A stretch of DNA of 60,494 nucleotides, counting the filler, from Sphacelaria rigidula (Eukaryota), in assembly GCA_964200075.2 (NCBI GenBank). It is 10 parts of 10 records of this genome, joined end to end, with 100 filler letters (N's around TTAATTAATTAA, not from the genome) between each part and the next. Parts side by side here need not be neighbours in the genome. Positions count along the whole stretch, not along the records: positions 1 to 5,960 come from CAXNAA020023198.1; positions 6,061 to 12,020 come from CAXNAA020023199.1; 8 more parts are not named here. The stretch is one strand, 5' to 3'. Made by a program: the position numbers and the translations under genes. Below the pieces are notes generated by a model. That model was not told the DNA's origin and did no database searches. It was given only the letters and a program-made list of their open reading frames with translations. This document shows positions 1-11,364 of this stretch, piece after piece (position 1 is the first letter of the stretch; each line of letters opens with the position of its first letter).

Positions 1-44
1 TGAATGGACTGACCCCCCCCGAATTCAAAACTAAAGTCCTCAAC

Positions 45-2120
45 ATGTTGAACATGAAGGGGGGGTGGAAGGAGGACCCTGGGCTTGTGTTTAACACGGC
101 TCGGGAAGCAGCGGAGGCATGGAAGACGGTGGAAGCGGTGGATAAGCAGCGTCGTCAGCAGCCGCAGCTGAAACAAAGGAGTGGCAACGGGACTTCCGGA
201 AGCAAGCGCCAACCAAATGGTGGAAAAATGGCGACTGCTGGCAGTGAGACTGCCCACTCCAGGAAATCTCGGAAATCGGGCCCAAGCTATGCAGGTTGTT
301 TCTCATGTGGCGACAAGGGCCACTTCGTGAAGGGTTGTAAGCAGCAAAGCCAAGCTGCTGCTTCACAACATACTACAGGTGGGCAGGCGAAGGCCGGCGA
401 CAAGCAGCAGCAACAACAGCAGCTGTCGCAGGGCCCTGCACAGGTACCTCGCGGAGGGGGCACGAGTCCCGCCCCTACAAGGGCTGTCTTTTCAGCCGAT
501 GGACAAAGTGCTCCCAGCGGGGGGGCGACGTTGCCACCAGAACCGGTCGTTTCTACTGGTGGTGTGCAGCAGACCATCTCATCGCACTCTTTTCTGGGTT
601 CGAACTCTGCGGCGGTGCCAGCATGGAGATCGCTCAAAGCGGGTGAGGTGTCAGGTTTTCAATCTGAGGGCCTGCAAGTAGATCACAAGGAAAGGTGGTG
701 TCTTGCCGACTTGTCTATCCCGAGTGCAGGGACAAGGAGTGTTTGTCCGGTCACGTTTATTTTTTATTTAGGATCTGGACTTACGACCATGTCAGCTGGT
801 GTGGCGGCGAAATTGCAAGCCATGGTTCCAGATGTCCAAGTGGCGAGATCGATGGCTGGTGAACAGTTGGTGAAATTGGCAAATGGCAATGTTGAGCGCG
901 TGAAGCAGAAAACTTGCCCTGTCCGCATCGCTTTACACACAAGCTGGGGACCGGTTGTGCTGGACCCATGTTCATATGCGGTCATGCCGGGTACAGATGA
1001 TGTGATCATCATGGGGAGCCCTACGCTGGAGGCGCTGGGCTTTGACGTGTACAGTAGCTTAGGTGCCTGTGCACGTGCAAGAAACACTTCGGTGCCAGGT
1101 GTAAACACGCCTGATTTTACGGACTGTCGGCGTGTCAGTACCGCGGGTGACGCCTTACAGCAACCAGGAGGTCGGGCGGAGCCCGTTTATTCCTCAGCCG
1201 AGCGGTTGTTGTCGAGAAGTCCGGCGATGAGCATATCCCCGGAACAAGAGCTTTCTGAGCTTGATGTTGCGCCGGAGGAGGCAATACAAGCCGCCGCGGG
1301 TAACGGCATAGTGGATAGCGACGTGAGCCAAATTCGTGAGTCTGTACGGAACAGAGCAAGCATTTTCAGGCGAGTGCTGCATAGTTATCCGCCTGATAGC
1401 GTCGAGCCCTTGAAGGTGAAATTCAAACCTGCTGCTGTGGAGGCAAAGGCTCGGCCGAGGGCGTACTTTCCGGTCAGGATGGCGTGGTTGGCACACTGCA
1501 TCGTAACATTGGTGGCGCTCGGGCTCGTTTACTGCAGTTTGCAGGTAGAGAGGGCGAGAGCGGCGATTACAACGCTCGAGAAGTCCTGTTTTCGCTGGAT
1601 GAATGCATACAAGGCAGGGGAGGGAGTTTCCCGTCACCACAAGGAGGTGGTGCATGGTGTTCGCCCAGGGAAGGCTTTGTATTACAATTTTCTTAGTGTT
1701 GGCGAGGGTGGTCCGCTGGGAGATAATGGCTTGGACAAAGGAGATCGGTTCAAGTACATATTGGTAAGGATGTATGACCCGGGCGACTTCGTGCTGTTGG
1801 ACCCCGTGGAGTCTTGTACGGCGGCAACGACGGTGAAGCATCTGTTGACATGGTGCAAAGCGCTGGAGCCGCACGAGGGATGGGTCAGTGATACGGTATC
1901 GCAATATAAGAATTGTGTCGTGAGAGTGCTCAAGAAGGCGCTGATGGATCGCAAATTCGTGGTGGCCAACTCGCGGTTGTCACATCGTGAATGTGAGCGA
2001 ATGGTGCGTGACGTTGTTCGTGCTTTGAAGGTCATAATTCAGAGAGGAAGACTCCATGCCAACGCCTGGGTGGGTTTGGTACCTGCCGTGCAGTGGGCAT
2101 TGCACACTGGTTTTCGGGAC
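45..2120 (+). mobile_element. Ty3/Gypsy LTR retrotransposon gag-pol remnant (gag zinc knuckle, degenerate protease, RT N-terminus fused to integrase core)
   Basis: The ORF at 45..2390 contains the CCHC knuckle CFSCGDKGHFVKGC, a protease-like FYLGSG...IIMGSPTL segment, the RT-entry segment VEPLKVKFKP..ARPRAY, and integrase-like NFL / WVSD / CERMVR..WVGLVPAVQWALHT. After about 2120 the ORF reads into unrelated sequence. Confidence 0.8.
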
Positions 2121-3441
2121 AGCTGTGAGAGCTGTAGCTGCATCTATGATGCGAGGAGCGACTGTTGGAGTGGAAATGCTACTCTACGGTGTGGACGAGA
2201 TTGTAGCCGGAGAACTGCTGTTTCTCAGGAGGAGCGCAGGAGAATTACAAGGCAGGCATTACCTGAGGTGCTCGATGTTGCGGTGAGCGGCTGGGTGATG
2301 TTAAGGAGCAAGTACTACTGGAATTTCTTGTTGAGAATGAGGAAGCACATTGTGACTTGTATACCTCAATCGTTTTATGGACGACTGTAGATGGTGGTGG
2401 TATGGTTCCTGGACCTGTCTGTTGTGGTGCGCGGGTTGGCACGCATGATACATGATGATTTCTGCAAAGAAGCTGGTGAGTGAAATATGAGCATGCAGGT
2501 GTGACTGATGTGCATGGTGTCTGATGAAGAGTCAGAGTGAGGCAGTTTCCAATACACTGCTGTGTGCTGAATGAAATAAAGCTCGTATATTATTGTTCGC
2601 GCAAAAAGTGCAATCATCTTTGTGCGGTTTGCAAAACCTGCCTGTAGGAGATGGTGATTGCTGCTGCTGGCGTGAAAATGAGCGGAAACTCCGAAATGCG
2701 TAGGCTTGTATGTGAACAATTATAACGTGAGTATTTCCAGAGGTTGACGATAAAAGAAATCGTACGCGAATACAGTGATCTTTTGCTGTGGTACATCTTT
2801 AATGGCTTGTCATGTGTTTGGATAAGCGCATAAATGGTGTTTCGCATCAGAAAAACGGAGAATGTGGATGGTGTGCCCATTTTTCGTGAAGGAGCACCGC
2901 ATATTTGTTCTGAGCTGCGTCAGTTGGAACTGAGTCACAAGGTGCGGGCACGGTTGTAGGCAAAGTACGGTATCAAGCTTTGAGTGCATGGTATGATCGA
3001 ATGCTACGGTTTGAAATGGTATTATTCTCGGCGCGTTTGCTTCGTGTGAGCATGCCACGACTGGAAATTGCCGTTGAATAAATTATTGACTTCACTAAAT
3101 TCGATTGAGACGCTGTGTTCAAGTGTCGTTGTTCAGCGTTTTGCGAATGATCATATTCTTTATGAACATGACATAGCATGGTCGTGTGTCACCAACAGCC
3201 AGACAAAGGTAGCATGAACGTGTTTGTCGGTGTCTACTGTTTGTCAAACTCGCTTTCTACTTCGAGTAGTGCGGAATTTCGGGGGTGCTGTAGAGTAGTC
3301 CACCTCCAGTACACGTACGTGCAGGTTCATGATAATATACAAGTGAAATAATCTGCTGTAGGCGTTTTCTATTGGTTGACGGACTTGCGGGTCTGATCGG
3401 CAGACTATGTGGATTCGAACATCACATGCTTCACGCATGTG

Positions 3442-4001
3442 GTTACTTCCGATAACGAAGGCTGTGTGTTTATAATTAACAACTGTCTTGAAGTCTCCAG
3501 GCCCTAGTGAGGGAGGAAGCCCTTGGAGCAATCTTATGACCTTGTTCTGAGCCCACGAGGGCTCTATAAATCGTGAGTGCTGTTACTTCCGATAACGAAG
3601 GCTGTGTGTTTATAATTAACAACTGTCTTGAAGTCTCCAGGCCCTAGTGAGGGAGGAAGCCCTTGGAGCAATCTTGTGACCTTGTTCTGAGTCCACGAGG
3701 GCTCTATAAATCGTGAGTGCTGTTACTTCCGATAACGAAGGCTGTGTGTTTATAACTAACAACTGTCTTGAAGTCTCCAGGCCCTAGTGAGGGAGGAAGC
3801 CCTTGGAGCAATCTTGTGACCTTGTTCTGAGTCCAGGAGGGCTCTATAAATCGTGAGTGCTGTTACTTCCGATAACGAAGGCTGTGTGTTTATAACTAAC
3901 AGCTGTCTTGAAGTCTCCAGGCCCTAGTGAGGGAGGAAGCCCTTGGAGCAATCTTGTGACCTTGTTCTGAGTCCAAGAGGGCTCTATAGGTCGTGAGTGC
4001 T
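3442..4001. repeat. Tandem repeat, 4 x 140 bp, near-identical units
   Basis: Unit GTTACTTCCGATAACGAAGG...TCGTGAGTGCT starts at 3442, 3582, 3722 and 3862, with only a few substitutions between copies. Confidence 0.97.
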
Positions 4002-4143
4002 GTCGCAGGCACGGTGGTCCCAGAAGAGACAGCGGTTGTGGTGGCGGCAGGAGCGGTCGACACCAATGGGGCAGCCTTCCCGGCGGCGAAGGGTGCCGTA
4101 ACGGCACGCTTGGCGGCGGAAGGAGAAGCCGAAGTAGGGGTCG

Positions 4144-5457
4144 TTACCGCCGAAGGAGTAACTGATGTCTGTTTGGTCGACATGATCTGTAGTAGGGAGT
4201 GTTGTAAGTCCGAAACCTGCTGTTGGAGCGTACGGATAGTGACGGCATCGACAGCGGCGCGGGATGGGACGTCGCGGTTAGATCGGGCTCGTGTTCGATG
4301 ACGCCGGGGTGCACGAAAGGAATTGTCACTAGCGTTTCAATAGAAGAAGCTGGGTCCGATGATAAATTGGAGAGAATATTTCTGACATCTTCCACGTGCA
4401 CGGTGTCATTATGACGTGAGGGTTGTCGATGTTGCAAACGTCGGGTAGACGGAGCGCGACTACTGGTGTGACTGTGGCCGGATGATTGTCTAGAGCCACG
4501 GGAAGAGCGGTGGCCGTGGCCTGTGCTGCCCCCATGGGAGTGGCTGTCACTGTCAGCTTTATGACGTCGATTAGAAGTAGAATGTTCTAGGGCACGAGCT
4601 CGTCGTCCGTAGGGAGCGAAGGATAGGCGAGAGTGATTTCCATCTCGCCTTCCTCGCGGAGACAGCGCAGTTCGCGTAGGGATCAAAGAGGTATCAGTAC
4701 GAGCTGCAGTAGTCGCGGTATTGCGAGCGCCGCGTGCGACCTGCGCGTAAGAGGGGCGCGCCTGAGGCTGTGGCGTATCGCCGTAGAAAGTTTTGAGCGC
4801 TGTGAAAGGTTGTGCACCTGGATCGTCAGAGGAGCCAGGTGGACAATTGGCAGTGTTCTGAAGAGCCGAAATCAGGGCCTCAATCATGGTGCCGGGACCA
4901 GATGGCGGAGTGTGGCGCGTTGGACTCTCAGATGCCGTCAATTGAGGGCTACCAACACGAGCAGCACCCGTAGACGGGTTTCGAGCTCCGGAAGCGGATC
5001 GCTTCGTTTTCGAACTGGAGGCTATTACCGAAACCGCCGTCCGAGGCGCAACTGAAGTTGTCTTCTGAGCCACGGATCCTAAAACGGCATCCGTGGGAGC
5101 ATGCCTCAGCAAGCGGGGCGCATCGGCACTAGCCGGCATCGAATCGTCACGGGATGGTACATCGTGGAACGGTATCGGAACGTCACGGGATGTTACATCG
5201 TGGATTATGGGAGTTGCAGTCGCAACCACTGTAGAGCCGTCACGGGATGTTACGTCGTGAGGCCTGCTCGTACTTGTAGGCTGCTGGTCGTCAAGTCCCG
5301 TAGGTGGCGCAGTGCTCTTCAGATGCTGCTGAAACGAGGATGGTGAAGTATCTTCCATCCCCCTGTGGCGAAGACGATTCAAAGTTTGACTGCGTGTACG
5401 GGAGAATCGTTTGTCGCTCGACCCCGAGGAGGAAACGGGGCTAATGGGTTGCGACAT
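4144..5457 (-). CDS. Intronless Ser/Thr/Pro/Arg-rich hypothetical protein (437 aa), probably the first ORF of a decayed transposable element
   Basis: ATG-initiated 437-aa ORF of low complexity with three HDV(T/P)SRD repeats. It continues downstream in shifted frames (3896-4183, 3244-3531). No domain recognised. Confidence 0.4.
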   Translation of the reverse strand: MSQPISPVSSSGSSDKRFSRTRSQTLNRLRHRGMEDTSPSSFQQHLKSTAPPTGLDDQQPTSTSRPHDVTSRDGSTVVATATPIIHDVTSRDVPIPFHDVPSRDDSMPASADAPRLLRHAPTDAVLGSVAQKTTSVAPRTAVSVIASSSKTKRSASGARNPSTGAARVGSPQLTASESPTRHTPPSGPGTMIEALISALQNTANCPPGSSDDPGAQPFTALKTFYGDTPQPQARPSYAQVARGARNTATTAARTDTSLIPTRTALSPRGRRDGNHSRLSFAPYGRRARALEHSTSNRRHKADSDSHSHGGSTGHGHRSSRGSRQSSGHSHTSSRAPSTRRLQHRQPSRHNDTVHVEDVRNILSNLSSDPASSIETLVTIPFVHPGVIEHEPDLTATSHPAPLSMPSLSVRSNSRFRTYNTPYYRSCRPNRHQLLLRR

Positions 5458-5960
5458 ACTGGGGGGAGGAGGAATACAGGAAAATCGAAGTTACCGTCCG
5501 ACAAGTCTAGAACAGTAATGAGACGATTTAGCCCGATTTAGGCAAGGGGTGCAATGCCAAGCAGGGAGGGGCAAGGGCAGCCTCTTACCTGTACTACGAA
5601 GGACCTGTAGTTTCTGCCCCCAGGCAATGTGGTGCCGGAAAAGACAGAAAAAATGAATAGCTGTTTTCAGTCAATGCTGTGCTATGGCGGAACGTTGAAC
5701 AGGTCAAAACGAGGGCAGCCTATTGCCGGTACTTCGAAAGACCTGTGCTGGTGAAGACAAAAAATATATTTTTTCTGCACGCAGTCAAATGCTGTGCCGC
5801 AGCGAGGTGTCAAACAGCTAACAACGATGGCGGCCGACTTTCGGTACCAAAATACTTGTCGCGGTAGAGACGGAAAAAATACGAGCTGGGCCAGCCTAAA
5901 AACAGATTTAAGCTCTAAAAGCAATACCTCATCGACACAGACGAGTTGGGCCGTGATCCG

Positions 5961-6060
5961 NNNNNNNNNNNNNNNNNNNNNNNNNNNNNNNNNNNNNNNN
6001 NNNNTTAATTAATTAANNNNNNNNNNNNNNNNNNNNNNNNNNNNNNNNNNNNNNNNNNNN
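5961..6060. other. Artificial contig linker (N-run + TTAATTAATTAA + N-run); also at 12021, 18081, 24141, 30200, 36259, 42318, 48377 and 54436
   Basis: Identical 100-nt spacers with stops in all frames separate contigs of 5960/5959 bp, consistent with a length-sorted concatenation. Confidence 0.99.
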
Positions 6061-7045
6061 TCTGAGAAGTATGGGAGGGGAACGTGAAGTTGGTGAAGAG
6101 GTTGGAAACAGTATAGATGGCAGCAGTTAAGAAAATACTTGGATGCTCGAGAACGACGAGTAATACAGCTTCGAGAGCAGAGTTGGGAATGTACCCACTT
6201 GAAACAGACATGTGATAAAATTGCGATGGCAGTAAAGCGTAAAGAACATGCAGGAAAAGCGACTGCCAGCTATAGTTGATAGGGCTGTATGTATGGAAGA
6301 AAATCACGAAGGGGCAGGCGGGAATAAGGTGGGGTAGAGAAGTCGAGAAAGTATGGAAGGATATAGGAGGAAACCAAGACGAAATGCTGTCCATAGGTGA
6401 AGGTGCGGCGTTCGAGACAAAAGTAAGAGACATGATAGAAGTAAGGAGGAAAGAAACGCTCAAACGCAACATAGACGAGGAAGAACACCTGAAGCTATAC
6501 GGGGGGTTGAGAGAGGGGATAAGGATGAAAACATGTTTGCATGGCCTAATGGACGCGGCGAAAACGGTGAGACTACGATTTCGGGTGGGGGACCTGGACC
6601 TGCCAGAAAGAAGGAAAAGATATAACAGCAGCCGTGTGGAGGAGGAAGTACATGCAGAGAATAGCCCCTGTGGCAAAGCAATAGACAGCAGGAGCCATAT
6701 AGTTGTAGACTGTGAACTATACAAGGAGGAACGAGACGTGCTAGAGGGGGGAATACGGAACCTGAACGAAGGTGGCATAAAATCATTTGATGCATTAAAA
6801 AGTAGCGAAGAAACGATGGATATACTATAGATGGTGACCACAGACGGCGAAACAGGACGCGGAGAAGATATGTAAAAGGATTTTGTGTGATGTATGGAAG
6901 AAACGTAATGAGCACCTAATTATTGGAGGTGTCTCTATTAGGAGTAGGAGCTCTGCCCCATCTCCAAAGGGATGCGTGGTCAATGGTCAAACGACTATTA
7001 TAAGGCAAGTAACAAATGAGTATGCCCTCCCTCCCCCCTCCCCCC
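6061..7045 (+). mobile_element. Non-LTR retrotransposon (LINE) 3' fragment, decayed, inside a PKA intron
   Basis: Encodes a post-RT region (VWEGNVKLVKRLETV..RAELGMYPL, also at 37690-37830) and a C-terminal CCHC-like segment (PCGKAIDSRSHIVVDCELY). Ends in the family 3' terminus GGTCAATGGTCAAACGACT...AAATGAGTATGCCC. Confidence 0.85.
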
Positions 7046-7055
7046 TAAATTGCAG

Positions 7056-8395
7056 GTGCTTCTCAACAAGGGTCATGGTAAGGGGGTCGACTGGTGGACG
7101 CTGGGGATCTTGCTGTATGAGATGCTGGTCGGGCAGCCACCCTTTGTCGACAATGACCCGCTGAAGGTGAGGGACAAACACGAATAGCAAAAAAAACATC
7201 CATCTATCCATTCATCCGCTTATGAATGGATAAGTTGATATACACGTGTTTCTCTCTCCCTTCCTTTCCTCTTTCTTCACTTTTCTTGTGTTCTACTTTT
7301 TTCTGAGCCTGTCGTGTTTGAGTTTGTGTCTCCTCCTGCAGGTTTGGGAGTCAAGAATTCCTGCCTAATAGTGCGATCTCCAGACAGACAGATAGCTGAG
7401 CCGTACCCTTCTTTCACAGCATTATATTTCTGTAGGACCACGTTACCTCAAGCCCTGGCGAGGGCCTGCCGAAGGTGTTCTTGCGAGCAGGGTCAGTTCT
7501 TAGCCCGACGTCTATGTCAGTGTACTCTGTCCGTTCTCTCCTTCTTCCGTTTGACATATTCGTCCTCTCTCGAGTTTCTTTTGGTGAGCGTTTCCTTGTT
7601 TTTACCCAATAACGACCGCGACTGATGTCGTCGCGGAATAAATTACGTACGACAACCAAACAATGAAGCGATCAAGCGATCAATCAAGCGACTACCTGAT
7701 TCCCTGTTTTCTTGTTGTTTTCCACGGCACTACCCTTTTCGAGAACAACACACAACAAACGGAGTAGGGTACGATACTAGTGTCTCCTCATAATTTAAGG
7801 GTAGAGGGTGAAGGCGGTGCGGGTTCCATGCCCTTTATTATTCTTTTTTTTCGCACTTTGAACCCCCCCCCCCTGTTTATGAAGCAGGCTTTTGATCAAT
7901 GAATGAGTGAGAGCCCACTGGCTCAGCGGTCCACTGTCTGCTTCAAGAGCAAAACATGTGGTGCGTGTTCATCTCGACATGAAATGTCGGAAGTCTCCAG
8001 AGCCCCAAGCCCCGCTCAGCCTGCCATCTGTTTTATTGCTTCCAATCGATCGTACCGAAGACTCGAACCTCATGTCTAACCCCATTTCTGTTTATGTTCA
8101 TGCAGCAGACATTGGATCGCCGAACAAGTGCGTGCTTACTGGTTTGGTGGTCTAATGTCCGCTTCATGCGCACCCCCCCACTCTCCACCCCCAGCTTGGG
8201 ACGCGTCTGTAGTGTCAAGAAATCAGCCCTTTCTTCTTTCCGCGGTACACGCCTTCGTCTGTCACTACTATCAAAGAGCGGGTCAGTCAGAGCACGTCTT
8301 ACGACAAGTCCTTAGGATTTTATTCAAATGTATTATTACTATTGTTGCTATTATCATTATCATTATTGTTATTATTATTTATTTTTTTGTTGTCG

Positions 8396-8430
<35 letters not shown>

Positions 8431-8443
8431 TTATCATTATTAC

Positions 8444-8480
<37 letters not shown>

Positions 8481-9540
8481 TTATTATTATCAAATGTTCT
8501 TGCCAAAAACTAGCTCTTTTTCTGGTTTTTCTCTCTCGGAGGGAGGAGACCGGGGAAACACAAACTATCCTACAGCCGGAATATTGAACGAAGCATATCC
8601 GTTCAAAACAACATGAGTGTTGACGATCGATCCCGCGATAGGGGGCGAGGTAGTGATGACAGATTGATGCCGGAAACAACGTGGTCCATTGGCGTAAATG
8701 CACAGCAGTACGTTTGTATACCGTACGCGCATATTTCCGCGGGGAAAGGCGTCGCCGATCTTCAGGTGGTCATGTCGCTGAATACCCAAAGAGCACCATT
8801 TAAGGCACTTTTTACTGTGCCTTCAGTAACGCTTGCAAATGTTAGTATTTAGGAGCGAACATTTGGTCGAAACACCCACCCCCACCCCTACTGTGCTATC
8901 GTTCTGATCGTGCACCAGTTTGACCTCCTAGGCGCAACGGGCAAATCAATACCGTCGTCGGGTATGTTCTGCCCCACTCCGGGCAGAAAGGGTTGGTGGA
9001 ATTACATCCGTCGATACTAGCTAGGTGCACAGGAAAGACACACACGTGCCTGCCTGTTTCGCGGGGGGAGGGGGCAGTTCAGCAGCAAAGATACAGACCT
9101 CTTTGCTTCTCTCCAGGGCTGGTGTATTGATTGTTGGTCATTGATGGCACTCCTGAGAAGGAAACATGGTGACGACACCCGTGTGTGAAACGTGAAACTT
9201 TTGTCGCGAAATCTCGCGTTTTGGGTTATCATTTATACCTCTGGTGCACTCACACCACGTACCCTACCAAGCACGTTGAACACGTACTCACTTCCCTGTG
9301 CTGATGATTTCCTAAATGGTCTGCATGTTGGGGCCGATGCAGGTTCCCCCTCACGCTTTACCTCCTCCCTCCCGGTAGATCTGTCATTATGCACTCTCCG
9401 TTACCAATGAATCGGATTTTGATCGCCGAGCATGCCTCTCCCCCCGCTGGTCTGGCAAAAAACCCGGTGTACTCCGTTTTGGCTTTGTAGGGATGCGAGG
9501 TCAGTGGTCATATGGCTATGGCATGCAACATCATGAGTAC

Positions 9541-9574
<34 letters not shown>

Positions 9575-10728
9575 CCGTTTTTTTTGTGTTTTTTTAACTC
9601 CTCGAACCCCTTTTTTTTCTCCTCTTCAAGGGAAGAGCTTGTTATTTCGGCAAGGCAGAAACAGTCTTCACCATCGTGACTCGAAAAGACGAACCGACAC
9701 CGTTAGCGTATCGATCATGACCGTAACACAAGATCGGAAAGGGGGTGGTCGCAATGTTGGCATTTATGGGTGCTGCTGTCGTCTGTTGTTCGTTTACTAA
9801 CCCTTCAACGAATAAAACGCACCCCGATGGTGTAACTCATTAGTACATATCTCAGCCCCTGCCCACCCTCCTCTCCCCTCCTCCGCCTTTTCCCTTTGAG
9901 GGTTTGCGTCGGTCGGCAACAACCCTGGGAAATGCGCCACTGACAGCGCAAGCCGGGCAACATTTTTGGGCGGCAATAATGACAATACCATTAACACAAG
10001 TCGGAACAACGCGCTCCTTTTTCTTCGAACACGCCACACGCCATCGATCGCATGCACTACACAAACTCTTTGTCTCTCCTCGCAGGTATACCAACTTATC
10101 CTAGCAGGCAAGCTGGCCTTTCCCCGGTTCATGGACAAGAACGCGAAGAGCTTGGTCAAGAAGCTCTTGGCCGCCGACCTCACCAAACGCTACGGGTGCC
10201 TTAAGGGTGGCGCGCAGGACATCAAGAACCATAAATGGTTCATAGGGTTCGATTTCGACGCGCTCCTGGCTAGAACTATTCCCCCGCCTATTGTGCCACA
10301 GGTACGTGAACATGATCACGAGATGCCCTAATATTACAGGCTCGACCCAACCAAGGGAAGAAGTCCGTCACAGCACAAAAATGAAATACCCGCTCCACGC
10401 CGATTCCATTGTACTCGGCGGCGCCGGGGAGGGAACAGAATAAGTCATCGTAGAACAAAAAACTATTTACTGTGACCACCGCTAGTGGATATCTAAAAGC
10501 ACGTGTGGACATGAAGAAACGTATGTCTCATCACTTCAGTCCGGCGTCAAGCCTAGAAAGCAACCGAAAACAAGGGAAGATGCGCAAAGGGATTGCTTCG
10601 AATGGCATTTTACATATAACGGGTACACGATGCAACATCCTCGGCATGGCCGGTATGCTGGCTCAGGGAAGGGCACGACTTGCCAGATAAGGGTGTGTGG
10701 ATCACACCAACAAACAACACGCTTTCAG

Positions 10729-10765
<37 letters not shown>

Positions 10766-11364
10766 AGCAGTGATGCCAACAGCAGGAAAAACAGCAGTAT
10801 GATGAAATCACGGAAACCATGAAAGAGGAGAATATCTGATGAGGAAGCGTGTGTCATGGTTTGCGATGTTGACGAGGAAGCAGTGTACCAGAGTATTCCC
10901 TCGTGTCGTCATGAGCGATTCTGCGGAACGAAACGTGGGAGTTAGGGAAAGGAACGAGGCGAAATTGCCAAAACAAAAATGACAAGGAGAGACGTTCAAT
11001 TACTTAGCTGGCGCTCGACCGATGACTATTATCGTTGTCTCGTGTATTTTCTGGGTAATTCAAAAGGTGGGCACAAAGATAAAAAAGAGCATTTGCACAT
11101 TTGAGGATTGACTCTAATTTTCTCGTTTGTAACCGACGCTGGAATGACTATCGGAATTATTCGAGATCCTTCTCTTTTTCTTTTCCTGCTCAAGACTTGA
11201 CTCGTTTCTGCTCTCCCTCTCATCTCTACCGTTTGCGCGCGAAAAACATTCCTCGGCAGGTTTCGAGCGAGATGGACACCTCGCAATTCGATCCGTATCC
11301 GGACTCGATTGAGCCACCCGATATTCCGAAGTACGACGGGGAAGATCCCTTTGCGATCTTTTAG
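7056..11364 (+). CDS. cAMP-dependent protein kinase catalytic subunit (PKA-C), last three exons
   Basis: Exons 7056-7166 ([37 protein letters not shown]), 10086-10301 ([52 protein letters not shown]...) and 11260-11364 ([16 protein letters not shown]...DPFAIF*). All introns are GT-AG phase 0. Covers kinase subdomains IX-XI and the AGC tail ending FxxF. Confidence 0.95.
8331..8490. repeat. (TAT)n microsatellite, imperfect
   Basis: Direct inspection. Confidence 0.95.
9491..9575 (+). mobile_element. Short 3'-end copy of a related LINE subfamily followed by poly(C)
   Basis: GGATGCGAGGTCAGTGGTCATATGGCTATGGCATGCAACATCATGAGTACA followed by a run of about 32 C. Similar to 13689-13743 and to the LINE terminus at 6970-7025. 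Confidence 0.65.
10726..10770. repeat. (CAG/CAA)n microsatellite, intronic
   Basis: Direct inspection. Confidence 0.9.

Noticed and set aside
2120..2390. C-terminal ~90 aa of the 781-aa ORF as a novel domain fused to integrase
   Set aside because: Integrase similarity stops near 2120, and the rest is best explained as chance read-through into the antisense of an adjacent element.
3442..4001. 140-bp repeats as a CRISPR or ncRNA array
   Set aside because: The whole unit repeats with no spacers and lies within coding-like sequence.
8128..8616. ORFs with poly-Ile, poly-Leu or poly-Tyr; also the YVCM-repeat tail of ORF 30418-30984
   Set aside because: These are translations of (TAT)n and (TATG)n microsatellites in introns.
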